Source of the DNA: Smithella sp. M82
Lineage (GTDB): Bacteria; Desulfobacterota; Syntrophia; Syntrophales; Smithellaceae
Direction: 5' to 3'
NCBI GenBank assembly: GCA_001683985.1
Contig: MAEO01000044.1
Location: 18,850 to 82,849, forward strand
DNA length: 64,000 bases
The translations under genes were made by a program, and so were the position numbers. The notes beneath the pieces are model-generated. The model saw nothing but the letters and a program-made list of their open reading frames with translations, did not search any database and was not told where the DNA came from. Shown piece after piece: positions 1 to 10,023 of this stretch (its first letter is position 1; every line of letters begins with the position of its first letter).

Positions 1-490
1 GCAATCAAATTTCGGAATCTATTCCCGTAAAGTTATTGATATAATCAAAAAAATGCATGAACAACCTCAAGTGTTTCCTTTGTTGGCTCGATGGGCCGGC
101 TTCGAAGCAATTCCGATTGATATAGAACATAGCAAACGAACAGAAGGTAAGTCTAGCTATAATTTCAGCCGGAGTGTTTCACTAGCAATCGATATCATTG
201 TTTTTCACTCCAACAAACCATTGAAGATGTGCATTCAATTCGGGTTTCTAATGGCTTTTGTAGCATTTTGTTTTGGAGTGTGGTTCTTTATACGGTATTT
301 TTTATTTGATTCCATACCTACCGGTTGGACTAGTGTAATAGTCTCATTATTCTTTTTGTCCGGCGTTATCCTGCTCGGGATGGGCATTCTGGGTATTTAC
401 ATAGGTTGCGTTTTTGATCAAGTAAAAGGAAGACCTCCTTACATAATAAAAGAACAGGCCAAGTTACTTGTTAAAGATAATTATTTATAA
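1..490 (+). CDS. Glycosyltransferase family 2 (GtrB/ArnC-like polyprenol-phosphate glycosyltransferase), 5'-truncated by the window edge
   Basis: The frame is open from base 2 (QSNFGIYSRKVIDIIKKM...). It has the RxxGKSSY and FHSNKPL motifs, two C-terminal TM helices (GWTSVIVSLFFLSG...LGILGIYIG) and the KGRPPYII tail. Confidence 0.85.
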   Translation, partial: QSNFGIYSRKVIDIIKKMHEQPQVFPLLARWAGFEAIPIDIEHSKRTEGKSSYNFSRSVSLAIDIIVFHSNKPLKMCIQFGFLMAFVAFCFGVWFFIRYFLFDSIPTGWTSVIVSLFFLSGVILLGMGILGIYIGCVFDQVKGRPPYIIKEQAKLLVKDNYL

Positions 491-718
491 AATTGTATTG
501 CAGCACCATTTGATGAATTATTAGCTATGCACGCTAGCAACTGGATAAAAGATGAATTGTAGATGATCATGCGGGTTTATAATAATATATAAACAAAACG
601 CTATTGACTTTTTCTCATTCAAGCTTATTGAAGAATCTTTCAAACGTGTAAGCTATTTAAATGTTTTCACAAATAACACCAAAGGATGTATTTAAAAAAT
701 ATTACATAAAGATTTTTT

Positions 719-958
719 ATGACTAACAAAGAAAAGTATGACCAAATTTTCATGGATTGCTTTTCTGTTGAGAAGAGCATGCTCAATGATAAATTTGTAT
801 ATCAGTGTATTCCATTGTGGGATTCTGTAGGACATATGAATATGGTTGCAGGGATAGAGGATACATTTAATATTATGATGGATACGGATGATATTATAGA
901 ATTTAGTTCATATACAAAAGGCATGGAAATCCTGGCAAAATATAAAATAGAAATTTAA
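719..958 (+). CDS. Acyl carrier protein (WDS-type, glycan-locus associated)
   Basis: 79-aa acidic protein with the phosphopantetheine-site motif WDSVGHMNMV. Confidence 0.85.
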   Translation: MTNKEKYDQIFMDCFSVEKSMLNDKFVYQCIPLWDSVGHMNMVAGIEDTFNIMMDTDDIIEFSSYTKGMEILAKYKIEI

Positions 959-1079
959 TTTCTACTGACGTTTTTTAATATTCGGGGAAAGATGTGATTG
1001 CTTAGAGTGTTTAATTGACGTTGATGTATATAGAGTCATAACGTAACTTATTTTAAAATTTAGAAAATATTTATTACTC

Positions 1080-1290
1080 ATACAGGATTAACGACTGCGG
1101 TCAACGCCTTGAAAGATAATGTAAAAAAAGATGTATGACATATTGTGTGTTTCAAAACAGCTTGGATTGGTAGTTAAGTATATTGGATTTCTACCCGTTT
1201 GCGCCGATTAAGTTTTGATTAATGATAGTATCCGTCAGAAAGCGATAACCTTTTGCTTGCTTATAAACCAGAGTATATCTGATTGCTATG
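1080..1290 (+). pseudogene. Eroded N-terminal fragment of an AMP-binding acyl-CoA ligase (paralog of 5748..7154)
   Basis: Pieces in shifting frames, KRCMTYCVFQNSLD* / KYIGFL / VLINDSI / NLLLAYKPEYI*, line up with ERCLAFILCRNTIGSLASYLACL..PLLLDSSL..NLQKTYKPQYIF of the intact gene. Boundaries are approximate. Confidence 0.6.
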
Positions 1291-1433
1291 AAAATTGACT
1301 CTGTGATGAATATCAATATTTTATAAAATTGGTATTATATTATGGAACAATTGATAAATATATTGTCGAAGTTAAGTAAAAATTATGGAAGAAGCTCAAT
1401 GATGGACCGTTTTTTATCTTTAAAGGCACCCAT

Positions 1434-2171
1434 ATGGAAATAATTGACGCTTACTGGGAAGAACGAAATCTCGGTGTAAAAAGTTATGAAGTTATATTGT
1501 CACAAGAAGATACCATGGAAGATTTTATCCTTCAGGAAAAAAGGCTGATTGAAAATGGCGCAAAATTTATCGTAGTAAAGTCACCCGTTAACGTTCCAGA
1601 CTTTATATTTGCACTGCCAAGCACAGGCTATCTTTTTATAGAAACAGCCTTTTCCCTAGTGCTAAAAAAAAATAATTTCAAATGCCCCACATATATTGCA
1701 AGACGTGATCATGATTTTAAAACTAGAAAGCTGCAAACTCCAGATATAATACAGCGCGTATATGATGAAATCGCTAAGGGAATTTTTAACTCTGATAGAA
1801 TTGCGTTAGATAAGCATTTTTCTCAACATATTGCAAACAATAGGTATATTAACTGGATAAAGGATCTAATAGCTCAAGGACATGATATTCATGAAGTTTA
1901 TTATAACGGTGACCCAGTCGGATTTTTCGTTTTTAAGAAACTTGATGATAAAAAAATAAAGGGAATACTGACCGGTATATACGAAAAATATCTCACTTCA
2001 GGGTTTGGGGCAGTAATTATGAATAAACTCTGCAATACGGTTTGGACATTGGGTTGTTCTTCTTTCTATGTAAACGTTGTATCTAATAACTTGAAAGCCT
2101 TGCGGACTAATCTATTATTTGGGTTTGAAATAGAAAACATTTCTTATCATTATGTTAAGCACATTATATAA
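1434..2171 (+). CDS. GNAT-fold acyl/acetyltransferase-like protein (WecD-like)
   Basis: C-terminal GIYEKYLTSGFG...VSNNLKALRTNLLFGF resembles GNAT motifs A/B. The DRIALD..F...RY..W segment is similar to WecD-type enzymes. Confidence 0.6.
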   Translation: MEIIDAYWEERNLGVKSYEVILSQEDTMEDFILQEKRLIENGAKFIVVKSPVNVPDFIFALPSTGYLFIETAFSLVLKKNNFKCPTYIARRDHDFKTRKLQTPDIIQRVYDEIAKGIFNSDRIALDKHFSQHIANNRYINWIKDLIAQGHDIHEVYYNGDPVGFFVFKKLDDKKIKGILTGIYEKYLTSGFGAVIMNKLCNTVWTLGCSSFYVNVVSNNLKALRTNLLFGFEIENISYHYVKHII

Positions 2172-2371
2172 AACAAAATGCAGACGAGTCGTCACAAAGG
2201 TAAAGTTGGATTAAAATTGTAGTGCGTGTCTTTAAGTGCGTTGGGATGGCGGATCTGAAAACCCGCATTATGTATCCAATAATATCGATAACTTAATTGT
2301 CTGTTTTCAAAGGAAATTAGTTAAAAAGTTGAATTTTTATCATTAAATTATATGAATAGGGGTGTTTAGTC

Positions 2372-2845
2372 ATGGAACAAGAAGTTATAAAAAATCTGGA
2401 TGTGTATGCTATTCAACAATACCAGCAGAATCGCTATCCATTATTATTTATCGATTATGTTGAAGAAGTTTTTCCGGGTAAGAGCGCCAAAGGTCATAAA
2501 AATTTTTCATTCAATGAGTGGTTTTTCCCTGTTCATTTTGCTGATGAGCCCAACGTTCCCGGCTTCGTTCAAATCGAGGTGCTTACGCAGCTTTTCCTTA
2601 TGACTTTTTTAACATTACCAGGAAATAAAGGAAAGAAGACAGGATTTATTTCTATCGAAAATGCCCGGTTTAGAAAGAAGATCATCCCTGGCGACAGACT
2701 GGATATACAAGCAGAACTAAAGTCATACCGTCGTGGGCTGGCTAAAGGTACTTCGACGGGTTACATCAATGGAGAAATTGCTTGTAGTGCTGATCTAGTA
2801 ATTGCCATTCCGGATATCCTGAATGAATTCATACCTACCAGATGA
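2372..2845 (+). CDS. 3-hydroxyacyl-ACP dehydratase, FabZ family
   Basis: NRYPLLFID, FFPVHFADEPNVPGFVQIE (His/Glu dyad) and ARFRKKIIPGD. Confidence 0.85.
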   Translation: MEQEVIKNLDVYAIQQYQQNRYPLLFIDYVEEVFPGKSAKGHKNFSFNEWFFPVHFADEPNVPGFVQIEVLTQLFLMTFLTLPGNKGKKTGFISIENARFRKKIIPGDRLDIQAELKSYRRGLAKGTSTGYINGEIACSADLVIAIPDILNEFIPTR

Positions 2846-2887
2846 GCATTAAATATTATGGCAAGACCCGAAAGGTAACTATATTTG

Positions 2888-4669
2888 ATGATTCGTGTTG
2901 CGGATTATATTATAGAAAGACTGTATAATGAAGGTGCGAAGCATATCTTCATGGTAACAGGTCGTGGTATCTTGTTTTTGTCTGATGCTGTTGCAAGACA
3001 CAAAGAACTCAAAGGGATTTCAGTGCACCATGAACAAGCGGGAGCTTTTGCAGCGACTGCATATGCTCAGTGTACGGAAAAGATTGGCGCTTGTCTGGTC
3101 TCAACAGGATGCGCAGGAACCAATGCAATCACAGGATTGCTTTGCGCATGGCAGGATGCCATCCCTTGCGTTTTTGTTTCCGGTCAGAACAAGCTTCAGG
3201 AAACGAAACGTTATTCCGGAATTCCGCTCCGTACTTTTGGACAACAGGAGGCTGATATTATTGGTATCGTAGAACCGATAACTAAATATGCCACTATGAT
3301 TACCAATCCAAATCAGATAGTATATGAAATGGACAAAGCTCTTTATCTGGCGAGTTCCGGAAGAAAAGGACCGGTTTGGATTGACGTACCACTGGATATT
3401 CAAAACATGAGGATAGAGCCAGACGAGTTGGAACATTTTCCGACTGTGATCGATTTTTATTTTGCACCACTTGCGGAAGATATGGCGTATGTAATAAATG
3501 CCTTACAACGTGCAGAACGTCCTGTTTTGCTGATTGGAAGCGGTATACGCTCGGCGGATGCTATTCCCGAGTTGGAGAAATTCGTTGAAAAGTATCGGAT
3601 ACCGGTCACTTATACAAGTTCTGCCACTGATGTATATGGGGCAAGCAATCAACTATCTATTGGTACTGTAGGAAGCCTGGGTGGAACACGATCGGGAAAT
3701 TTTGCCGTTCAAAATTCGGATTTATTATTGGTGTTGGGTTGTAGATTGTCGCCGGTAACTACCGGTCCTGACTACAAGAATTTTGCGCGGGGAGCAAAAG
3801 TGATTGTAGTTGATATTGATCAGGTTGAACATTCCAAAAATACGGTAAAAATTGATCGTTTGATTATCTCGGATGTAAAAAATTTTCTTGGTTCATTGAT
3901 AAAAGAAAATGCCCGCAGTGCCAGTAATGAATGGCAAAATAAGTGCATCCATTGGAAACAGGTATTCCCGTTATGTGAGGATAAGTACAAGCTTACAGAA
4001 AAGGTAGATCTTTATTATTTAGCAGAATGTCTTTCTGAAAGCTTATCTGATGAGGCTATTTTGCTTACCGATGCAGGCCTTGAGGAACTTATTATTCCTT
4101 CGGCCGTTTCCTTCAGAAAAGGGCAACGATGTATTCATCCTGCTTCACAAGGTGCAATGGGATATGCACTGCCGGGTGCAGTCGGTGCATACTTTGCGTA
4201 TGGTCATCAGACAGTTGCTGTAATCGGAGATGGATCGATTATGATGAATTTGCAGGAACTGCAAACAATAAGATATCACGATATTCCAATAAAAATAATT
4301 GTCGTTAACAATAATGCTTATGCCATTATCAGAAAAAGACAAATAGAACTTTTCAGGACACGGACAATTGGAACAGATCCGGGTAACGGCGTGGGGTATC
4401 CAAACTTTCAAAAAGTGGCGGAGTGTTTTGAAATTCCATATATACGAATAGAAAATAGCACAGATTTGAAATCAAGAATTGCATCGGTAATTAATATGAA
4501 TGGCCCTGTATTATGTGAAGTCCTGGGTGTAGAAGACCAGGATTATCTAAGAAGCTCATATGCTCATAATTCCAAAAGACGTATAATACAAAGACCGATT
4601 GAAGATCAGTCACCCTTCATGGAGCGTGATCTTTTCTTGGCTGAGATGATTATTGAACCTTTAGACTAA
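2888..4669 (+). CDS. Thiamine-diphosphate-dependent enzyme (acetolactate synthase/YerE-like carboligase)
   Basis: HHEQAGAFAA catalytic Glu, GPVWIDVPLD and the ThDP-binding motif GDGSIMMN...NNN. ATG at 2888 (in-frame TTG at 2885). Confidence 0.9.
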   Translation: MIRVADYIIERLYNEGAKHIFMVTGRGILFLSDAVARHKELKGISVHHEQAGAFAATAYAQCTEKIGACLVSTGCAGTNAITGLLCAWQDAIPCVFVSGQNKLQETKRYSGIPLRTFGQQEADIIGIVEPITKYATMITNPNQIVYEMDKALYLASSGRKGPVWIDVPLDIQNMRIEPDELEHFPTVIDFYFAPLAEDMAYVINALQRAERPVLLIGSGIRSADAIPELEKFVEKYRIPVTYTSSATDVYGASNQLSIGTVGSLGGTRSGNFAVQNSDLLLVLGCRLSPVTTGPDYKNFARGAKVIVVDIDQVEHSKNTVKIDRLIISDVKNFLGSLIKENARSASNEWQNKCIHWKQVFPLCEDKYKLTEKVDLYYLAECLSESLSDEAILLTDAGLEELIIPSAVSFRKGQRCIHPASQGAMGYALPGAVGAYFAYGHQTVAVIGDGSIMMNLQELQTIRYHDIPIKIIVVNNNAYAIIRKRQIELFRTRTIGTDPGNGVGYPNFQKVAECFEIPYIRIENSTDLKSRIASVINMNGPVLCEVLGVEDQDYLRSSYAHNSKRRIIQRPIEDQSPFMERDLFLAEMIIEPLD

Positions 4670-4691
4670 AAATTAATAGAGGAGAAAAGTT

Positions 4692-5726
4692 ATGGCAAAG
4701 TGTATCTTGCGTGATTCAACAGTGATTGGTGATTTCTTAAAACCATACATTGTTGCGGAAGTTAATACCAGCCATAACGGCAATATGGAAACAGCTAAGG
4801 AAATGATTGACCGGGCAAAAGAAGCGGGTTGCTCTTGTGTAAAATTTCAGTCATGGTCAAAGGAATCACTTTATTCCAAAACATACTATGACGAAAACCC
4901 GATTGTGAAACGCTTCGTGCAAAAATTCGCTCTTTCAGAAGCACAATTAATGGAAGTGGCTCAGTACTGCAAAGACCGCGGCATTGCCTTCACATCAACA
5001 CCCTACTCTGAAACAGAGGTAGATTTTCTTGTAAAGAAAAGTAACGCACCATACATCAAGGTCGCTTCCATGGATCTGGTTAACTATCCTTTCCTAGAAT
5101 ATATAGCGAGTTGCGGTGTGCCAATAATTTTGTCAACCGGAATGGGAACAATGGAAGAAGTGCAGAAAGCAGTGGCAACCATTGAGAAAGCCGGCAACCA
5201 GAATATATGCCTGTTGCATTGTATTTCCATTTATCCACCGGAGTTATCAACTATACGCTTAAACAATATTCTGGGGTTGCGTAAGGAATTCCCGAATTAT
5301 CCGGTTGGTTTCTCAGATCATTCCATAGGTACGGAAATGGCTGCCGCAGCGGTTGCGTTGGGCGCCGCTATGATTGAAAAGCATCTTACGCTTGACCGCA
5401 CAAAAATTGGGATGGACAATCAGATGGCAACGGAACCGGCGGAAATGGCACAATTAGTCCGAAATTGTCAAAACGTCCATATCGCACTTGGAGATACCGA
5501 AAGGATTGTCTTGCCTGCTGAGATGGAACAACGTAAGAAAATGCGGCGAAGTGTAGTTGCAACCAGGGATTTGCCGGCCGGAACAAAGCTGACAAAAAAT
5601 GATTTAGGCGCAAAGAGACCCGGAACTGGCCTTCCTTCCGAAAAAATCAACGAATTGGTTGGTAAAGTTTTGATTCGGGATGTTAAAGCAGATACTCTGA
5701 TTTTTGATTCTGATTTTTCTGAATAG
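4692..5726 (+). CDS. N-acetylneuraminate synthase family (NeuB/SpsE) with C-terminal SAF domain
   Basis: AEVNTSHNG, VKFQ, KVAS, LSTGM, LLHCISIYP, GFSDHS, IEKHLTLD and the SAF tail RRSVVATRDL...KRPGTG. Confidence 0.92.
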   Translation: MAKCILRDSTVIGDFLKPYIVAEVNTSHNGNMETAKEMIDRAKEAGCSCVKFQSWSKESLYSKTYYDENPIVKRFVQKFALSEAQLMEVAQYCKDRGIAFTSTPYSETEVDFLVKKSNAPYIKVASMDLVNYPFLEYIASCGVPIILSTGMGTMEEVQKAVATIEKAGNQNICLLHCISIYPPELSTIRLNNILGLRKEFPNYPVGFSDHSIGTEMAAAAVALGAAMIEKHLTLDRTKIGMDNQMATEPAEMAQLVRNCQNVHIALGDTERIVLPAEMEQRKKMRRSVVATRDLPAGTKLTKNDLGAKRPGTGLPSEKINELVGKVLIRDVKADTLIFDSDFSE

Positions 5727-5747
5727 GCATACCGAAAATACATTCTT

Positions 5748-7154
5748 ATGGATATATTTAAATTTAGTAATAAAATTGCCGCCTTGCAGGACGACGGGAA
5801 AGCAGTTACGTATAAAGAATTGGATAATTTCTCTCGGCAAGTCGGTCATATAATTGGTGAGCGCTGTCTGGCTTTTATATTGTGCAGAAATACAATTGGC
5901 TCATTGGCAAGTTACCTGGCCTGTCTGGATAATAAAATTGTACCGTTGCTTTTGGATTCTTCTTTGGACAGGGAATTACTTATAAATTTGCAAAAAACAT
6001 ACAAACCGCAATATATTTTTATGCCTGCCGACTTAACAAATGAAGATAACCTCGTCACTTTTGAGAAATACCTTTACACAATTATCAAAACAAACTTTGA
6101 TGAAAAATACTCATTAAATAATGACCTGGCATTGTTGCTCACTACATCGGGCAGTACGGGCAGTCCAAAGGTTGTTAGGCTGAGCTGTGAAAACATACGC
6201 TCTAATGCGGAATCTATAGTTCAGTATTTAGAATTGAATGATTCAGAGAGGCCGATTACAACCCTTCCGATGCATTATTCTTATGGCCTCTCAATAATTA
6301 ACAGCCATCTAGCGGTGGGTGCAACTATTTTATTGACCAGCAAGTCGCTAATGCAGAAGGAATTCTGGAATTTTTTAAAGACCGAAGGTGCTACGTCTTT
6401 TGGTGGTGTACCGTACACTTATGAGATTTTGAATAAATTGAGATTTATCCGCATGGATTTGCCATCTTTACGGTCAATGACCCAGGCAGGCGGCAAGCTG
6501 TCACTGGAATTGCACAGGCATTTTGCTCAGTATGCTTCTGAAAAAAGTAAACGTTTTTTTGTCATGTACGGTCAGACAGAGGCAACGGCTAGGATGGCAT
6601 ATTTGCCTTATGAAAAATCGCTCGAAAAGTGCGGAAGTATGGGTATAGCCGTACCGGGAGGCGAGCTTACGTTAATTGATACAGACGGTAAAGAAATTAT
6701 CGCATCGGATGTTATCGGCGAGCTTGTATATAGAGGGCCGAATGTTACGCTGGGATACGCTGAATGCGGCGCGGATTTAGCTAAAGGTAATGAAAGGCAT
6801 GGTGTATTGGCCACAGGGGATATGGCTAAACGCGACGCGGATGGTTTTTATTACATTCTCTACCGCAAAAAAAGATTTCTAAAGATATTCGGCAATCGCG
6901 TCAATCTAGACGAAATAGAGCATATGATAAAAAGTGCGTTCCCGAAGCTGGACTGCGCCTGCGCAGGAACAGATGATAACATGTATATTTTTCTCACCAA
7001 CAAGAAAATTGCTCCCGAAGTAAAGACATATATTTCTGAAAAGACAAAGTTAAACCCGTCGGCGTTCAAAACTGTGGTTATTGATAATATACCAAAGAAT
7101 GAAGCAGGGAAGACATTATATGTAAAACTGGCGAAGTATTATGATGGATTATAA
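5748..7154 (+). CDS. AMP-binding acyl-CoA/acyl-ACP ligase
   Basis: TTSGSTGSPK (A3), MYGQTEA (A5), TGD and the terminal GK (A10). Confidence 0.9.
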   Translation: MDIFKFSNKIAALQDDGKAVTYKELDNFSRQVGHIIGERCLAFILCRNTIGSLASYLACLDNKIVPLLLDSSLDRELLINLQKTYKPQYIFMPADLTNEDNLVTFEKYLYTIIKTNFDEKYSLNNDLALLLTTSGSTGSPKVVRLSCENIRSNAESIVQYLELNDSERPITTLPMHYSYGLSIINSHLAVGATILLTSKSLMQKEFWNFLKTEGATSFGGVPYTYEILNKLRFIRMDLPSLRSMTQAGGKLSLELHRHFAQYASEKSKRFFVMYGQTEATARMAYLPYEKSLEKCGSMGIAVPGGELTLIDTDGKEIIASDVIGELVYRGPNVTLGYAECGADLAKGNERHGVLATGDMAKRDADGFYYILYRKKRFLKIFGNRVNLDEIEHMIKSAFPKLDCACAGTDDNMYIFLTNKKIAPEVKTYISEKTKLNPSAFKTVVIDNIPKNEAGKTLYVKLAKYYDGL

Positions 7155-8235
7155 TGAAATATTAAATATACCGCCCTATTCTCTTAATAGAACTGAAAAA
7201 CACAGGCTATTGAATGAAAGACTTATAGCTTTGTCAAGGTTGCACTATGCTTCATGCAAAAGTTACAAAAGGATGGTCGATGCCTTGGCGTGTGATTTAG
7301 AACAAGTCAAAGATTATTATGACTTGCCATTTTTGCCGGTTAGTCTTTTTAAAGAATTTGATTTACTGAGCGTTGATAAAACAGAAGTTTTTAAAACCAT
7401 GACTTCTTCAGGCACAACGGGCAAGGCTGTATCGAAGATTTATCTTGACCGGGTAACTTCCAATAATCAGCAGAAGACTTTGATTAAGATAGTATCCGAT
7501 TTTACCGGTTCTGCCCGTATGCCGATGCTTATTATTGACAGTCCGTCTGTGGTTAAAAATAGAGTAATGTATTCCGCCAGAGGTGCCGGAATACTTGGAT
7601 TCTCAATGTTCGGCGTCGACAAAACTTATGCCCTGGATGATGATATGAATATTGATATTCAGGGAATTGCATCTTTTTTGGATAAACATAAAGACAAAAC
7701 TATTTTGCTGTTTGGCTTCACCTTTATGATTTGGCAGCATTTTTATAAAAAACTATTTAAACATTTTGACGAAAAAGGTCTTAAACTTGATTTATCAAAA
7801 GGAATACTGATTCATGGCGGTGGTTGGAAAAAACTTGTCAGCGATGCGATTTCACCGAAAGAATTTAAACGTTGTTTGAAAGAAATATGCGGTATCGTGA
7901 AGGTACATGACTACTATGGTATGGTAGAACAAACAGGATGCATATACATGGAATGCGAATATGGTCATTTGCATGCCAGTATATTTTCTGATGTAATCAC
8001 CAGACGGGCCATCGATTTTAAGCCTTGTGAACTTGGCGAGATGGGAATTATCCAAGTGGTATCCATGTTGCCTGAATCCTATCCCGGGCATTCATTGCTT
8101 ACCGAGGATGAAGGCATAATTTTGGGTGAGGATGATTGTTCGTGTGGAAGAAAAGGTAAATACTTTAGAGTGGAAGGTCGACTTAAAAATGCAGAGATGA
8201 GGGGATGCAGTGATACCTACGCAATTAAGTTTTGA
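7141..8235 (+). CDS. Acyl-protein synthetase, LuxE family
   Basis: PFLPVSLFK, TSSGTTG, GGGWKK, DYYGMVEQ, SYPGHSLLTED and a C-terminal GRLKNAEMRGCSD containing the acylated Cys. Confidence 0.88.
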   Translation: MMDYNEILNIPPYSLNRTEKHRLLNERLIALSRLHYASCKSYKRMVDALACDLEQVKDYYDLPFLPVSLFKEFDLLSVDKTEVFKTMTSSGTTGKAVSKIYLDRVTSNNQQKTLIKIVSDFTGSARMPMLIIDSPSVVKNRVMYSARGAGILGFSMFGVDKTYALDDDMNIDIQGIASFLDKHKDKTILLFGFTFMIWQHFYKKLFKHFDEKGLKLDLSKGILIHGGGWKKLVSDAISPKEFKRCLKEICGIVKVHDYYGMVEQTGCIYMECEYGHLHASIFSDVITRRAIDFKPCELGEMGIIQVVSMLPESYPGHSLLTEDEGIILGEDDCSCGRKGKYFRVEGRLKNAEMRGCSDTYAIKF

Positions 8236-9418
8236 TAACGTAACACTATTATTTCCGAAAAAATTGAACTGGGAAAAATGGAAACAACAAAAGAGTGATA
8301 TTCCTTTTTCGGATTCCGTTGTTGAATTTTTGAACGCTCTTTCTTCTTTGTTGCTGAAGGATAAAGGAATAAGAAATTATACCGATATAGTGACTTTTGC
8401 TTTTTTCTGTCGCAAGGCCAATATCTTGACATTAAAGAAGGAGCATAGCTCTGCGGAATTAAGGCTGGGAAGGGGGATTTTATTTCACGTTGCGCCCTCT
8501 AACGTCCCGATAAACTTTGGTTACTCCCTGGTTGCCGGCTTATTGAGTGGCAATCGTAACGTAGTGCGCGTCTCTGCAAAGGAATTTCCGCAGGTAGATA
8601 TTGTTGCACGCGCTATAGCATTGCTGTCAGAAAAATATCAAAATGTGACAGACAGGATAGTGTTGGTGCGGTACGAAAGATCCAGTAATGCTACGACGGC
8701 ATTTTCCGCCGTTTGCGATGTCCGGATAATATGGGGCGGTGATGAAACCATAGCGCAAATAAGGCAAAGCCCTATTCCTCCCCGTTCATTCGATGTGACG
8801 TTCGCCGACAGGTATTCTTTGGCAGTCATCAATGCAGATGAATTGATCCATGAACCGGAGATGAAAAAACTCGCTGCATCCTTCTACAACGACACCTATC
8901 TGTTCGATCAAAACGCCTGTTCGGCACCGCACCTGCTGATTTGGCTTGGAAACAGAGAAAATATTCAGGCTGCTCAGGAAAAGTTTTGGAACAGTGTGCA
9001 TGAGGTTGTTCGAGAAAAGTATGAACTTCAACCGGCATTGGCAGTGAATAAACTCACTGCGTTTTATCGTCAAGCAGTTGCGATGCCGGTTAAGAAAGAA
9101 GCCTCTCAAGATAACCTTGTTTGGCGAGTAGTGCTGGAAAAGTTACCTGATAACATAGATGAATTTCGCTGTGCGGGAGGATATTTCACAGAATTCATAG
9201 CGTCCTCAATTGATGAGATTGCCCCCATAATCAAAAATAAGTACCAGACGTTGGGTTATTATGGAATTAAACGGGATTTACTCACTAATTTTGTAATTGG
9301 CAATCGATTACCGGGATTAGATCGCCTTGTGCCCATTGGCGAAACGACAGCATTTGCTCTCACCTGGGATGGTTATGACCTGATCAAGACACTGACAAGA
9401 AGAGTATCTGTAATGTAA
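8210..9418 (+). CDS. Acyl-CoA reductase, LuxC family
   Basis: GRGILFHVAPSNVP, WGGDET, catalytic Cys in DQNACSAPH, and DRLVPIG...WDG. Confidence 0.88.
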   Translation: MIPTQLSFDNVTLLFPKKLNWEKWKQQKSDIPFSDSVVEFLNALSSLLLKDKGIRNYTDIVTFAFFCRKANILTLKKEHSSAELRLGRGILFHVAPSNVPINFGYSLVAGLLSGNRNVVRVSAKEFPQVDIVARAIALLSEKYQNVTDRIVLVRYERSSNATTAFSAVCDVRIIWGGDETIAQIRQSPIPPRSFDVTFADRYSLAVINADELIHEPEMKKLAASFYNDTYLFDQNACSAPHLLIWLGNRENIQAAQEKFWNSVHEVVREKYELQPALAVNKLTAFYRQAVAMPVKKEASQDNLVWRVVLEKLPDNIDEFRCAGGYFTEFIASSIDEIAPIIKNKYQTLGYYGIKRDLLTNFVIGNRLPGLDRLVPIGETTAFALTWDGYDLIKTLTRRVSVM

Positions 9419-9559
9419 GTTGTGTTTCACATAAGCAGTTATGCTGACTTAATAATGTGGATCGACGGCATCATGGATTGCGTATATTTTAAGTATTCGT
9501 TTTGTTAAATTTGTGGTCAAAGATGATATCTTGTTAAAGCATAATAAATTCGGTTAATT

Positions 9560-9900
9560 CAACACCAATATTTCAGTGTTTGGATGAAAGTAAAAATAAA
9601 TTAAAAAGCATATTATTAACTTCATATTCACTATGGCCATATATACGGCATTGACAATCTGCATGAGCGATTTCCCAACACAAAAAATATCGGTGAGGCA
9701 TTTCATCACTAAAGCACAAAATATTTAATGCCTTTTAGTGCAAAAAACATGGCTTTATTTGTGTTTCCGAAGGTACGCTGATATTATCTTGTGATAATTT
9801 ATTTGCAAAAGTTATTGAAACATCCGAGCATCATCCTAGCTGCTTGTGTTTTGCAGTCGTAAATGAGTTCTTTACAAGTAATTTATTAATGTCTGTAATC
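9560..9900 (+). pseudogene. Eroded MBL-fold metallo-hydrolase
   Basis: 9601-9621 LKSILLT, one extra base, then HIHYGHIYGIDNLHERFPNTK (HxHxDH-like). From 9808: KVIETSEHHPSCLCFAVVNEFFTSNLL (degenerate TPGH...LFTGD). No intact ORF; boundaries are approximate. Confidence 0.65.
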
Positions 9901-10023
9901 AAACATGAAAAAACAAATATGGTATGAAAATAGTTGCTTGATCTTGAAAAGAATGATTAATGTATGTAAAATATTGACTAAAATAAAACGGATCTCACCT
10001 TATAGAACCCTATTCGGAGCATT

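Noticed and set aside
500-580. Possible SDR C-terminal remnant (LLAMHASNWIK...)
   Set aside because: The similarity is too weak to support by eye.
7141-9418. Bioluminescence (lux) operon
   Set aside because: No luxA/luxB/luxD in the window, and the context is glycan biosynthesis.
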